From an uncultured Candidatus Saccharibacteria bacterium (GTDB lineage: Bacteria; Patescibacteriota; Saccharimonadia; Saccharimonadales; UBA7683): DNA of 44,588 nucleotides. The stretch spans positions 1 through 44,588 of the forward strand of contig CAZWBG010000001.1 in assembly GCA_964632215.1 (NCBI GenBank), in the 5' to 3' direction. How positions within the stretch are numbered: the first letter of the stretch is position 1; each line of letters begins with the position of its first letter. Both the position numbers and the translations under genes were made by a program. Positions 1 through 9,350 of the stretch are shown one piece after another. The notes under the pieces are model-generated. The model was not told where the DNA came from. It was given only the letters and a program-made list of their open reading frames with translations, and did no database searches.

Positions 1-801
1 CACGGGCCACCATTTGTAGATTCTCATTTACTTCAAGGTGGCCAGATAAATAATGCACTTATGTGGGATCAGCTGTCGGGTAAGTCAGCTTGCTATGTGG
101 TAGGTATATCGAAGGCTCTTATGGGCAATGTTCCAAAAAAGTATAAATCACAAACCCTTAAGCCTGTGCACAATGCTGTGGACGTAAGACAATTTAATTT
201 TGCTGAGAAAAAGAAAAACTACTTCATAACACTTGCTCGATTCTCTCGCGACAAAGGTCAACACATAGCAGCTCAGTTGTGCGATCAGCTGGGGTATGCC
301 CTGAAGATGGCCGGTACTGTTTCGAGTATTGGTACGCAGAAGGATCTGCTTCTTGAGCTAGCGAATCCTTTGAGTCTATACCGTAGCACGGCAGACTTTC
401 AGTACTATAGTGATGAGATACTTCCTTTGACCGTTAAGAATAAAAATATTGTTTATGTCGGCAATATAGGTGGTGAGAAGAAGAAGACATTTATCGCACA
501 GGCTAGAGCTCTCTTGTTCCCGATAGACTGGGAGGAGCCCTTCGGTATGGCGGTGATAGAAGCGCTGGCAAGTGGTACGCCAGTTGTAGCCATGAATAGG
601 GGAGCGATGCCCGAAATTATAGAACATGGAGTCAACGGTTTTCTGGCTGATACCCAAGAAGAGTTCCGTTCTTATATGCAACGGGTTGACGAGATAGATC
701 CATATGTCTGTCGCAAGAGCGTAGAAGATAAGTTTTCGGTACAGCAAATGACCGCAGGATATATCGAGCGATATCACGAAGCAATAGAACGAGCTGCGTA
801 G
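1..801 (+). CDS. Glycosyltransferase family 4 (GT-B fold), 5' truncated by the window edge
   Basis: Frame is open from base 1. GT4 motifs WEEPFGMAVIEALASGTPVVA and GAMPEIIEHGVNGFL. Confidence 0.9.
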   Translation, partial: HGPPFVDSHLLQGGQINNALMWDQLSGKSACYVVGISKALMGNVPKKYKSQTLKPVHNAVDVRQFNFAEKKKNYFITLARFSRDKGQHIAAQLCDQLGYALKMAGTVSSIGTQKDLLLELANPLSLYRSTADFQYYSDEILPLTVKNKNIVYVGNIGGEKKKTFIAQARALLFPIDWEEPFGMAVIEALASGTPVVAMNRGAMPEIIEHGVNGFLADTQEEFRSYMQRVDEIDPYVCRKSVEDKFSVQQMTAGYIERYHEAIERAA

Positions 802-818
802 ATAGTCTTCAGATCAAC

Positions 819-840
819 TTATCCACAGATCTGTGGATAA
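819..840. promoter_or_regulatory. Inverted pair of consensus DnaA boxes
   Basis: TTATCCACA-gatc-TGTGGATAA is a perfect 22-bp palindrome of two 9/9 consensus boxes upstream of mraZ. Confidence 0.75.
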
Positions 841-896
841 GTACCCTTATTTTGCTCTAAGCACCAGTATATTGTGAAAAGTCTCTCAAAAAGTAC

Positions 897-950
897 TTGC
901 AAGTGGGTAGCTGTGGGTAGTAGTATATACGCAGTGGGTAAGCGTGGGTA
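897..950 (+). promoter_or_regulatory. mraZ/dcw promoter with MraZ-type operator repeats
   Basis: GTGGGTA occurs four times (903, 913, 934, 944; spacing 10/21/10), overlapping TTGCAA(897)-18-TAGTAT(921). MraZ is known to bind GTGG/TGGG repeats with 10-bp periodicity. Confidence 0.8.
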
Positions 951-991
951 ACACCACAGGCCACAAACAAACATTAACAAACAATATAACT

Positions 992-1366
992 ATGGCCACA
1001 GTAGACTACTTTCAGCGTAAACTTGACGATAAACGGCGGTTAACCATACCGGCCGAGCTTCGTGTAGAGTTTGCAAGCGGAGTAGTGGTAACGCGTGGAT
1101 TTGGCAACTACCTTCATCTGTATTCAGCTGAGGTGTGGAGTCAAACAGTGGAACCTGCACTGCGAGGCGACATTTTAGATGAGGCAATAGCCGATAAAAA
1201 TGTTCGGCTTCGGATGGGCAAGATCGAGTCAGATCTAGATCTTAAGCAGGGCCGGTTCACACTCGAGCAGCATCTGCTAGAACATGCCGGTATTAATCGG
1301 GAAGTTGTAGCGGTACGCGCTGGACAATACTGGCGATTGATGCCCGAGGAAACTGCACAGTTATAA
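992..1366 (+). CDS. mraZ: MraZ division/cell wall cluster transcriptional repressor
   Basis: Two SpoVT/AbrB-like halves (KLDDKRRLTIPAELR; DLKQGRFTL) and position at the head of the dcw cluster. ATG 992 preferred because GTG 944 lies inside the operator repeats. Confidence 0.92.
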   Translation: MATVDYFQRKLDDKRRLTIPAELRVEFASGVVVTRGFGNYLHLYSAEVWSQTVEPALRGDILDEAIADKNVRLRMGKIESDLDLKQGRFTLEQHLLEHAGINREVVAVRAGQYWRLMPEETAQL

Positions 1367-1633
1367 CCGTTCTTTAGTTCTTTAACAATTTAGTATCACA
1401 GTAGCACCCCACATTCGAGGTCAGCTACCTGGCAGCCAGCAGTGGACACGAAGGAAGCACTTTAAAACATCCTTAGTACCTTTTTAAAACCTCCCAAAAA
1501 AACTCCACCTCACACATAAGTCTCTCTCGCTAATGAATTTTTAGATAATTTTTAAAATTATCTCACCACAACAGCTTCATTAGCTACAAAAACAAAAACA
1601 ACAAAAAAACAAACACGCTGACTGCTTGGGTAG

Positions 1634-2533
1634 GTGACCTCGCAAATAAAAAAACACCACAACAACTCCCACGTTCCTGTACTGCTTGACGCAACGCTGC
1701 AGTATTTGGCGCCAAAACGAGGTGAATCATACCTTGATTTGACAGCTGGATACGGCGGACATGCTAACGTAGTACTTTCGAATTTGGGTGATGCGTCACG
1801 AATGACACTAGTTGATCGAGACGAATCAGCAATCGCAAGCCTAGAATCTTTCAGAGAAGCAGGCGCTCGGCTTATCCATCAGGATTTTGCTGGAGCGAGT
1901 GCCAAACTGTCGGAGACTGGTGAGCAGTTTGATATGATTCTGCTTGATCTGGGTGTGTCGTCACCACACCTTGACAATGTCGAGAGGGGATTTTCCTTTC
2001 GGTTTGATGCACCACTTGATATGCGCATGGATCAAAGCCAGGTCGTTACAGCCAAAACAGTTGTAAATACTTATTCTGAGGCTGAGCTTGTAGCTCTACT
2101 TAAAGAATACGGCGAAGAGCCACGTGCACATCGTATTGCCCAGGCAATCGTTGCAGCCAGGCCAATTGAAACTACCACTGAACTCGCGGCAGTTGTCGAA
2201 AAACTTTATGGTCGCAAGGGGAAAATTCACCCAGCGACTCGTACCTTTCAAGCCATACGTATAGAAGTGAATCAAGAGCTCTCGCAGCTGAGCCAGACGC
2301 TTCAATATCTTCCTGGGCTTTTAAAGCCAGGGGGTAGGGTAGCAATTATTAGCTTCCATAGTCTCGAGGATAGAATCGTCAAACGGTTCTTCGCGGCAGA
2401 AGCTCAATCTGGTTACGAAGCTCAGCTCAGTATTCTCACCAAAAAACCTATACGGGGCGACATTGAAGACGTTTTTAACCCGCGTGCACGAAGCGCTAAG
2501 CTTCGGGTCGCAGTGAAAATAAACACAAAATGA
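1634..2533 (+). CDS. rsmH: 16S rRNA m4C1402 methyltransferase
   Basis: HVPVLL, DLTAGYGGH, DLGVSSPHLD, LDMRMD, HPATRTFQAIRIEVN, FHSLEDRIVK, NPRARSAKLR. Confidence 0.97.
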   Translation: MTSQIKKHHNNSHVPVLLDATLQYLAPKRGESYLDLTAGYGGHANVVLSNLGDASRMTLVDRDESAIASLESFREAGARLIHQDFAGASAKLSETGEQFDMILLDLGVSSPHLDNVERGFSFRFDAPLDMRMDQSQVVTAKTVVNTYSEAELVALLKEYGEEPRAHRIAQAIVAARPIETTTELAAVVEKLYGRKGKIHPATRTFQAIRIEVNQELSQLSQTLQYLPGLLKPGGRVAIISFHSLEDRIVKRFFAAEAQSGYEAQLSILTKKPIRGDIEDVFNPRARSAKLRVAVKINTK

Positions 2534-2541
2534 AAGGAGCC

Positions 2542-2604
2542 ATGATGCCAATAATGGTAAAAACTAGCTCCCGAGCGTACAAAGTAAAAGTCCGCGTCGG
2601 ATAA
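2542..2604 (+). CDS. Small 20-aa ORF MMPIMVKTSSRAYKVKVRVG (below the ORF-track cutoff)
   Basis: AAGGAG RBS overlaps the rsmH stop. The initiation region GAAAGGAGCCATGATGC is identical over 17 nt to that of murG (7203-7219). Confidence 0.55.
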   Translation: MMPIMVKTSSRAYKVKVRVG

Positions 2605-2626
2605 ATTACTTTGACGCGATCAAAAA

Positions 2627-2652
2627 GGGTGCCTCGAGCAATCGAGGTACCC
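2627..2652 (+). other. GNRA-capped stem-loop upstream of ftsL
   Basis: GGGTGCCTCGA-GCAA-TCGAGGTACCC: 11 bp with one G-U pair. Confidence 0.7.
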
Positions 2653-2710
2653 ACCAGAATTATCGTCAGAGACAAAACACAAATACATAAAAAATATAAA
2701 GGGTAGTAAA

Positions 2711-3064
2711 ATGGCACATTCCACCACGTTTATGCTTTCGCGCGCTGAGGGTGCAACCACTTGGCGACGAAACCAAAATACTGTGCGACACAGTTTTAGC
2801 TCCAAACAGTTTGGTCCAATCGCACACACAGTATTAGTTGTTCTACTTCTATGCATTATGGGCTTGTTATATTTGGCACAAATTAACAAAACAAATGCTT
2901 ATACGTATCCAATTAATGAACTTGAAACTAAGAAATCTACACTTCTAGACGAACACGCTCAGTTAGAAATTGAAGCGGCACGACTTGGTTCTCTTGAGAA
3001 CGTTAAAAATAGTACCGTTGCTAAGAATATGACTAATCCAAGTGGCGTTGATACTATTCGCTAG
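2711..3064 (+). CDS. ftsL: FtsL-like bitopic cell division protein
   Basis: Lies between rsmH and ftsI. One TM helix followed by a coiled coil (INELETKKSTLLDEHAQLEIEAARLGSLENV). Confidence 0.7.
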   Translation: MAHSTTFMLSRAEGATTWRRNQNTVRHSFSSKQFGPIAHTVLVVLLLCIMGLLYLAQINKTNAYTYPINELETKKSTLLDEHAQLEIEAARLGSLENVKNSTVAKNMTNPSGVDTIR

Positions 3065-3142
3065 GCTGCTTTTACGCAGGTTATCTTGGTAATGGTAAGA
3101 TAACTAGGTGACAGTAGCCTAGCCTGGCTTAAGACTCATATT

Positions 3143-4951
3143 ATGAACCCACGCGCATATCGATCCCAACCCAAAAAAACCGTGGCAATGCAGACTAAGA
3201 AGCCACGTACTTCAGAAGCTCGTTCCAAGAGCTTACAATTTCTTGTGCTTGCAATTGGTCTTGTACTCATTGGCCGGCTTTTTTATCTGCAAGTGGTGAA
3301 GCACGGCCACTACAATAACTTGGCTATTGCTGAACATCAGAAGAAGTTTACTGTGCCAGCAACTCGGGGTAGCTTGTATTTTCGTGATGGTGAACAGGTA
3401 GTACCAGCGGTCATCAATTCTAGTGTTTACACACTTTACGCTGATCCTGGTGAAATCAAAAATCCTCAAGAGAGTGCCAAATACATCAGCCAAAAGTTAT
3501 CTTTACCTGAGAGTGAGTTGTTAGATAAGCTTAAAAAAGAAAATACCTCATATGTAGTACTGACTAAGCGACTAAGTCGAGCTCAAGTAGACGATTTGCT
3601 AAGCGAAAAAGAGAAGCTACGGGGCATTAATGTAACCTCGGTACCACAGCGTGTATATCCAGAGGGTATACTAGGCTCACAGTTGCTTGGCTTTGTGAAT
3701 GACGAGGGTGTGGGGCAGTATGGATTAGAAGGGGCTATTAACGAGAAGTTAGAGGGTACTGCAGGCACGCTCAAGGCTATTACTGACGTACGTGGAGTAC
3801 CACTCAGCTTAGATGATTCAACGAATATAGACCAAGAACCGCAGGATGGTAAAAGCTATGTGTTGACTATAGATCGTAATGTACAGGCTAAAGCTGAAGA
3901 GGCGTTAGCCGAGGGTCTTAAGAAAACTGGTGCCACTAGAGGTAGCGTGATTGTAGTTGACCCTAATACTGGTGCGGTACGGGCGATGGCTAATCAACCG
4001 ACTTTTGACCCCGCTCGGTATTTCGAGGTGGGCGATGATGCCTATGAGCGTTTCCGTAACCGTGTGGTGAGTGATCCGTACGAGGCAGGGTCGGTGATAA
4101 AAGTTCTGACTATGGCTGCAGGCATAAATGACGGCGTTGTGACGAAGGATTCACGCTTTAATAACACTGGATCCGTGCAGGTTGACGATGCCAATATTCG
4201 TAACGTTGAGCAGACTGTCAATGGTTCGCGCTCTATGACAGACGTTTTTAAATACTCACTTAATACTGGAGTGGTACATGTTCTCTCACAGCTTGGTGGT
4301 GGATCTATTAATGCTCAGGCACGTGACAAACTCTACAATTATTTTACTGAGCACTACGGCTTTGGCCAGTTAACTGGTATTGAGCAGAGTGGGGAGGTGA
4401 CTGGTAGTATTTATGGGCCACGGACTGAGCAGGGTAATAATGTTCGATATGCCAATATGAGTTTTGGCCAAGGTATGAACGTATCTATGGTACAGGTTGC
4501 CTCGGCGTTTTCTGCTTTGGTTAATGGCGGTAATTATTATCAGCCTCACATACTTGAAGGGGAGCGGGCAGTAGATGGTAGTTTGCAGTCTCAGCCACCG
4601 CAACCAACGCGTAATGTTGTTAGTGAGGCAACTTCAGCCCAGATCAAGGAGATGACTCACAGCGCCCTGCAGGAGACACCAGCAGTGGCTCGTTTTGTAA
4701 AGCCTGGCTATCGAATTGGTGGTAAGACTGGTACTTCTCAGACTATTGACCCAAAAACTGGTAAATATACGGATCAGAATGCCATCGGTACGTACCTAGG
4801 TTATGGTGGTGATAGTACCCCCAGATATGTCATAATGGTACGAGTAGATGATTCAAAGCTATCGGGTTACTCTGGTAGCGAAGCTGCCGCTCCGATATTC
4901 GGTGAAATCAGTAATTGGCTGCTTGAATACTATAATGTAAAACCGGAGTAA
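3143..4951 (+). CDS. ftsI: Class B penicillin-binding protein (FtsI/PBP2-type transpeptidase)
   Basis: N-terminal TM, RG.IY-like PATRGSLY, SxxK (GSVIK), SxN (YSLN), KTG (GGKTGT). Confidence 0.93.
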   Translation: MNPRAYRSQPKKTVAMQTKKPRTSEARSKSLQFLVLAIGLVLIGRLFYLQVVKHGHYNNLAIAEHQKKFTVPATRGSLYFRDGEQVVPAVINSSVYTLYADPGEIKNPQESAKYISQKLSLPESELLDKLKKENTSYVVLTKRLSRAQVDDLLSEKEKLRGINVTSVPQRVYPEGILGSQLLGFVNDEGVGQYGLEGAINEKLEGTAGTLKAITDVRGVPLSLDDSTNIDQEPQDGKSYVLTIDRNVQAKAEEALAEGLKKTGATRGSVIVVDPNTGAVRAMANQPTFDPARYFEVGDDAYERFRNRVVSDPYEAGSVIKVLTMAAGINDGVVTKDSRFNNTGSVQVDDANIRNVEQTVNGSRSMTDVFKYSLNTGVVHVLSQLGGGSINAQARDKLYNYFTEHYGFGQLTGIEQSGEVTGSIYGPRTEQGNNVRYANMSFGQGMNVSMVQVASAFSALVNGGNYYQPHILEGERAVDGSLQSQPPQPTRNVVSEATSAQIKEMTHSALQETPAVARFVKPGYRIGGKTGTSQTIDPKTGKYTDQNAIGTYLGYGGDSTPRYVIMVRVDDSKLSGYSGSEAAAPIFGEISNWLLEYYNVKPE

Positions 4952-4953
4952 AA

Positions 4954-6006
4954 ATGCAACACACCACCCTTACAACCCAGTTAATTATTGAAAACCTACG
5001 TCCTGTACTAGCTCTCGGGTTCGCGGGTTTTGCTTTGTCGATGCTACTCACGCCAGTTTATACCACTTTGGCATATAGATACCAGTGGTGGAAGCGGCCA
5101 CGCAAAGATGCAGTTACTGGTGAAAAAGCGGTTATATACCAAAAGATGCATGCCGAGAAACACAAACGACACATACCTACCATGGCCGGTATTATTGGAC
5201 TTATAGCAGTCACTATAGTGACGCTTAGTCTCAACTTAGATCGTGGTCAGACCTGGCTACCACTAGCTGCTGCTATTGGAGCAGGTATGTTGGGGTTGCT
5301 TGATGATCTAATCAACCTCAAAGGGAGCGGGCTAGGTATCGCGGGGCTTAATTCTAAGCTTAAGTTCTTACTTATGGCTTTAATTTCTGGAGCGATCGCT
5401 TATTGGTTTGTTTTTAAGCTGGGTTATCAGGTTATACACATACCATTTGCGGGTGATTTAGCACTAGCAGCTGGCCTGATGATACCGGTAATTATGTTCG
5501 TTATTATTGCAACTGCCAATGCGGTTAATATTACCGATGGCCTAGACGGCTTGGCGGGCGGATTGCTCACTACAGCCTTCGCAGCTTTTGGCTTAATTGC
5601 ATTTTTGCAGGGAAATTTTGGTATAGCGGGCTTCTGTCTAACTATGGTGGGTGCTTTACTGAGTTATCTTTGGTTTAATATCTATCCCGCACGCTTCTTT
5701 ATGGGTGATGTGGGTAGTTTTGCTTTCGGCGCAGCTCTGGCGGTTGTGGCACTTATGACCAATACCATGCTGCTTATCCCGGTAATTGGCATCTTGTTTG
5801 TCGTAGAGGTTGGTTCATCAGCCTTACAAATGCTTTCCAAGAAAGTCTTAAAACGAAAATTGTTTATTTCGGCACCAATTCATCACCATTTTGAAGCCAA
5901 GGGTTGGCCAGAGACGAAAGTAACCATGCGTTTTTGGGTGCTTGGTCAGGTAGCGGCAGTTATTGGGTTACTTATGGCTATCTTGGGGGGCTTTATCGTC
6001 TTATGA
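4954..6006 (+). CDS. mraY: Phospho-N-acetylmuramoyl-pentapeptide transferase
   Basis: PTMAG, LLDD, NAVNITDGLDGLA, FMGDVGS, APIHHHFE. Confidence 0.97.
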   Translation: MQHTTLTTQLIIENLRPVLALGFAGFALSMLLTPVYTTLAYRYQWWKRPRKDAVTGEKAVIYQKMHAEKHKRHIPTMAGIIGLIAVTIVTLSLNLDRGQTWLPLAAAIGAGMLGLLDDLINLKGSGLGIAGLNSKLKFLLMALISGAIAYWFVFKLGYQVIHIPFAGDLALAAGLMIPVIMFVIIATANAVNITDGLDGLAGGLLTTAFAAFGLIAFLQGNFGIAGFCLTMVGALLSYLWFNIYPARFFMGDVGSFAFGAALAVVALMTNTMLLIPVIGILFVVEVGSSALQMLSKKVLKRKLFISAPIHHHFEAKGWPETKVTMRFWVLGQVAAVIGLLMAILGGFIVL

Positions 6007-7268
6007 ATCCTCGTCGCCCACGTCTCCAGACCACGACTGCGAGTGTAGGAGAGTCTGTAAAGTTAACCGTGGCAGGTTTAGGTCGGCGACATCGTCCTGA
6101 TTACGTTTTAATGGTGTGTATGGTGATGTTGCTTGCCCTGGGGCTGGTGGTGATTTACTCTGTTAGTCCAGCGATCAGCGCTCAGCTCACTGGTGATGTG
6201 AACCCGAACCACTTTATGTATAAACAAATCTTCTTTTTATTGCTTGGATTTTTGGTTTTTACTGTTGCCAGTCTGATACCGCTCCAATGGTGGGCTAAAA
6301 TACAGAAGTACATCATCTGGCTCGCTATAGGCTCATTCCTACTACTGTTCATTCCACAACTAAGCCTGAGTGCTGGCGGCGCCACTAGGTGGGTCCACAT
6401 TGGTCCTATAACGTATCAACCAGCTGAGCTACTGAAGTTCGGAATTGTATTCTATTTAGCACTCTTTTTTGCGAGCAGAATCCGTAATAATGAGCTTGAG
6501 AGTACCAAGACCGTTTATCCGTTTCTACTTATTCTATTTGCGGCTGGACTCGAAGTTGCAGTAATTCAGAAAGACCTTGGTACTATGATTCCAATCGTAG
6601 CAATTATGCTCACCATGCTATACCTAACCGGGATCTCTATGAAACGTTTCTTGAGTGTGAGTGGCGTGATTGCTGCAGCTGTGGTTCTTACGATTGCGGT
6701 TGCGCCACACCGAGTAGCTCGAGTTTTTACCTTTCTGAACCCGTCAACTGATGTAAGTGGTAGTGGCTACCATATTAATCAGGCGCTAATTGCGGTAGGT
6801 AGCGGTGGCCCGTTTGGTAAAGGGTTGGGCAGAAGCGTTCAGGCTTTTGGCTACTTACCCGAAGCAGCAAATGACTCAATTTTTGCTATTATGGCTGAGA
6901 AGTTCGGGTTTTTTGGAATGGTAGCAGTCTTTGTGCTGTATGGAACATTACTCTTTAGAATTATTGGAATTGTAACCCGAGCGCCAAATATCTATTTTAA
7001 ATTAGTTTCTGGTGGTGTCTTTGCTTGGATTTTGATACAAGCTTTCGTAAATATTGGTGCGATGCTAGGCGTTATGCCACTCACTGGCGTGACTTTGCCA
7101 CTGCTCAGTTTTGGTGGCACAAGTCTTATATTTACCCTTGCAGCGCTTGGTGTAGTCTTCCATATTTCCCGCTATACCAAGCTCGGACACGAAACAACTG
7201 AAGAAAGGAGCCATGATGCGAATACTTCTCGTCGGGGGCGGGTCGGGCGGCCACGTTACACCGCTTAA
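6003..7268 (+). CDS. ftsW: SEDS family peptidoglycan polymerase
   Basis: GATRWVHIGPITYQPAELLK, QKDLGT, LPEAANDSIF, GVTLPLLSFGGTS. ATG 6003 overlaps the mraY stop (ATGA). Confidence 0.93.
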   Translation: MNPRRPRLQTTTASVGESVKLTVAGLGRRHRPDYVLMVCMVMLLALGLVVIYSVSPAISAQLTGDVNPNHFMYKQIFFLLLGFLVFTVASLIPLQWWAKIQKYIIWLAIGSFLLLFIPQLSLSAGGATRWVHIGPITYQPAELLKFGIVFYLALFFASRIRNNELESTKTVYPFLLILFAAGLEVAVIQKDLGTMIPIVAIMLTMLYLTGISMKRFLSVSGVIAAAVVLTIAVAPHRVARVFTFLNPSTDVSGSGYHINQALIAVGSGGPFGKGLGRSVQAFGYLPEAANDSIFAIMAEKFGFFGMVAVFVLYGTLLFRIIGIVTRAPNIYFKLVSGGVFAWILIQAFVNIGAMLGVMPLTGVTLPLLSFGGTSLIFTLAALGVVFHISRYTKLGHETTEERSHDANTSRRGRVGRPRYTA

Positions 7269-8367
7269 AGCCGTAGCAGAGCATTTACAGACTACCGAGG
7301 CACATAAAATCGCCGTTATTAGTGATAGGAGATTTTTCAGCCAGACACGTGAGATCTTTCAGCCACTTCCAGATGTAAAACTACATAGAATTTTTGCTGG
7401 TAAATTTAGACGCTATCATAGTAAATCTTTACTTTGGCATTTCACACATCTTCCAACACTTATAAGAAATTTACGCGATGTTTTCTACCTTCTTATAGGT
7501 GGCTTGCAAGCATTGATACTCTTTGTCCGATTCCGACCGCAAGTTGTTTTCTGCAAAGGAGGCTTCGTGTGTGTTCCTGTGGGTTTTGTAGCACGTTTAC
7601 TACGTGTGAAGATCGTCATCCATGATTCTGACACGCGGCCAGGTCTGACTAATCGGATATTAGCACCTTGGGCCCATGTTATTGCAACTGGGATGCCTGT
7701 TTCTTTTTATCCATATCCCAAGGAAAAGATGATTTATACTGGTATACCTGTAAGTGATGAGTATCGACCGCTATCTAGTGCACAGCAACAGTCTCATAAG
7801 CAGCAGCTTGGTTTTGAAGTGCAACAGCCACTACTACTTGTTACCGGCGGAGGTAACGGGGCGACTTTCCTAAATCAACAGGTGAGTAGTATAGCAGAAG
7901 GGCTACTTGGCAAGGGGTGGGGGATTATCCATATTGCTGGTCGGGATAAGGTCCAGCCAGTTCTAGAAACTCGAGCGAAACTGAGTAAAAAACTGCAACA
8001 ACAATGGCAAGTGGAGGAATTTACACAGATGACCCCAAGACTGCTCGCAGCAGATCTTGTGCTAGCTCGTACCAGCGCGAGTACTATCCAAGAATGTGCC
8101 AATGCCCAGAAGACCGTTATTGGTATTGCGAGTCAACATCTCTCTGATCAAAAAATGAATGCCGAGTATTTTTCCTCTCAAGACGCGCTACTTTCGTTGG
8201 ACGAATCACAATTAGCCACTGATGGCTCACAGCTACTACAGGCCTTGAGTGATCTGCAGAATGATCCTAAGGCTGCTAAAAACTACGCCAGGGCATTACA
8301 TGACCAATTCGCAAAGCCTGATGCAGCTCAGGTACTTGCGGGAATCCTATTAGATTACCCCGTATAG
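7213..8367 (+). CDS. murG: UDP-GlcNAc:lipid I GlcNAc transferase
   Basis: GGGSGGHVTP, KGGFV, HDSD..PGLTN, TGGGNGA, HQ-like DQKMNA. Confidence 0.95.
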   Translation: MMRILLVGGGSGGHVTPLKAVAEHLQTTEAHKIAVISDRRFFSQTREIFQPLPDVKLHRIFAGKFRRYHSKSLLWHFTHLPTLIRNLRDVFYLLIGGLQALILFVRFRPQVVFCKGGFVCVPVGFVARLLRVKIVIHDSDTRPGLTNRILAPWAHVIATGMPVSFYPYPKEKMIYTGIPVSDEYRPLSSAQQQSHKQQLGFEVQQPLLLVTGGGNGATFLNQQVSSIAEGLLGKGWGIIHIAGRDKVQPVLETRAKLSKKLQQQWQVEEFTQMTPRLLAADLVLARTSASTIQECANAQKTVIGIASQHLSDQKMNAEYFSSQDALLSLDESQLATDGSQLLQALSDLQNDPKAAKNYARALHDQFAKPDAAQVLAGILLDYPV

Positions 8368-8423
8368 AACATGTTTTGTAAATAGCGTATACTACTGGTA
8401 GCAATAAAATAAAACAAAGAATT

Positions 8424-9350
8424 ATGTCACAAAAGTCTAATAGATTATTACCTCAGCGAAAACGGAGCACTCATGCAGTGGATGGCTCTTTTAGGCGTAA
8501 TACGTTGGTTACCTCGAAGTCTCAAAGAGAGGTTGCGCTGCATAAGCAAACGGTCACACAGCGTCAGTATGATCGGAAGAAGGTTGTGCGCCGACGTAAG
8601 GTACGGTTACAGTTTTTGGCGGTGGGTGTCGTAGTATTTCTAATACTAGCTGGTTGGCGTCTAGGTATCACGCACGTTTCGCTCAAACTCGTAGATCGGC
8701 CAATGGTAAGTCAGGAAGACAAGAGCCAGTATGAAAAGGGTATACAAGAGGCTATGAGTGAGGCAACGTTTGGTAGGCAAGTATGGCTACTCGACAAGCA
8801 GCAGTTAGAGGCAGATATTAAGCAAAAATATCCTGAAATTGCCCAGATTAGTTTCACATCTCAAGCACCTTTTGCAACTGGTCTTGAGGCCGAGGTGAGG
8901 TTCAGAGACCCGGTCTTTATCTGGCAAGATGTGAGTCAGGTACAACAATATATAGACAGTCAAGGAGTTCTTTTTGCGATAAATCGTAGCGCTACAACAG
9001 ATGTAAATAAACTAACTCACATAGAGGATGAGAGTGGGGTCGTACTAGACCCAGGTACCTCTGTGCTTGGCGTAAATCTGATTCAGTCTATCGGCCAGTT
9101 ACCAACTAAATTACCAGAGGCCTTTGGTGATCCTAGCTTAAAAATTGAGCGAGTTGTGATACCAACTTCAACTCGAGAAATCCAAGTGAAAGTTGCTGGG
9201 CAACCGTACCTTATTCGTCTTAGCTCAGAGCGGGACTTCGATGAGCAGATTCGAGAGCTCCAAACAGTACTAGCCTACCTGAAATCTAAGAATATCTCTC
9301 CTGGGGGTGTTGTAGATATACGTATACCACACAAAGTTTTTTATAAGTAA
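8424..9350 (+). CDS. FtsQ/DivIB-like cell division protein
   Basis: Basic cytoplasmic N-terminus, single TM, POTRA-like region (IKQKYPEIAQI), C-terminal VDIRIPHKVFYK, dcw position. Confidence 0.7.
   Translation: MSQKSNRLLPQRKRSTHAVDGSFRRNTLVTSKSQREVALHKQTVTQRQYDRKKVVRRRKVRLQFLAVGVVVFLILAGWRLGITHVSLKLVDRPMVSQEDKSQYEKGIQEAMSEATFGRQVWLLDKQQLEADIKQKYPEIAQISFTSQAPFATGLEAEVRFRDPVFIWQDVSQVQQYIDSQGVLFAINRSATTDVNKLTHIEDESGVVLDPGTSVLGVNLIQSIGQLPTKLPEAFGDPSLKIERVVIPTSTREIQVKVAGQPYLIRLSSERDFDEQIRELQTVLAYLKSKNISPGGVVDIRIPHKVFYK

Noticed and set aside
819-840. Possible oriC
   Set aside because: Only two boxes, no box cluster or unwinding element, and no dnaA/dnaN nearby. Kept as a regulatory site.
1410-1465. 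GAAGGAAGCA in the mraZ-rsmH spacer resembles the SRP RNA domain IV motif
   Set aside because: The upstream CAGG-CC-GNRA arrangement and the long enclosing stem are absent.
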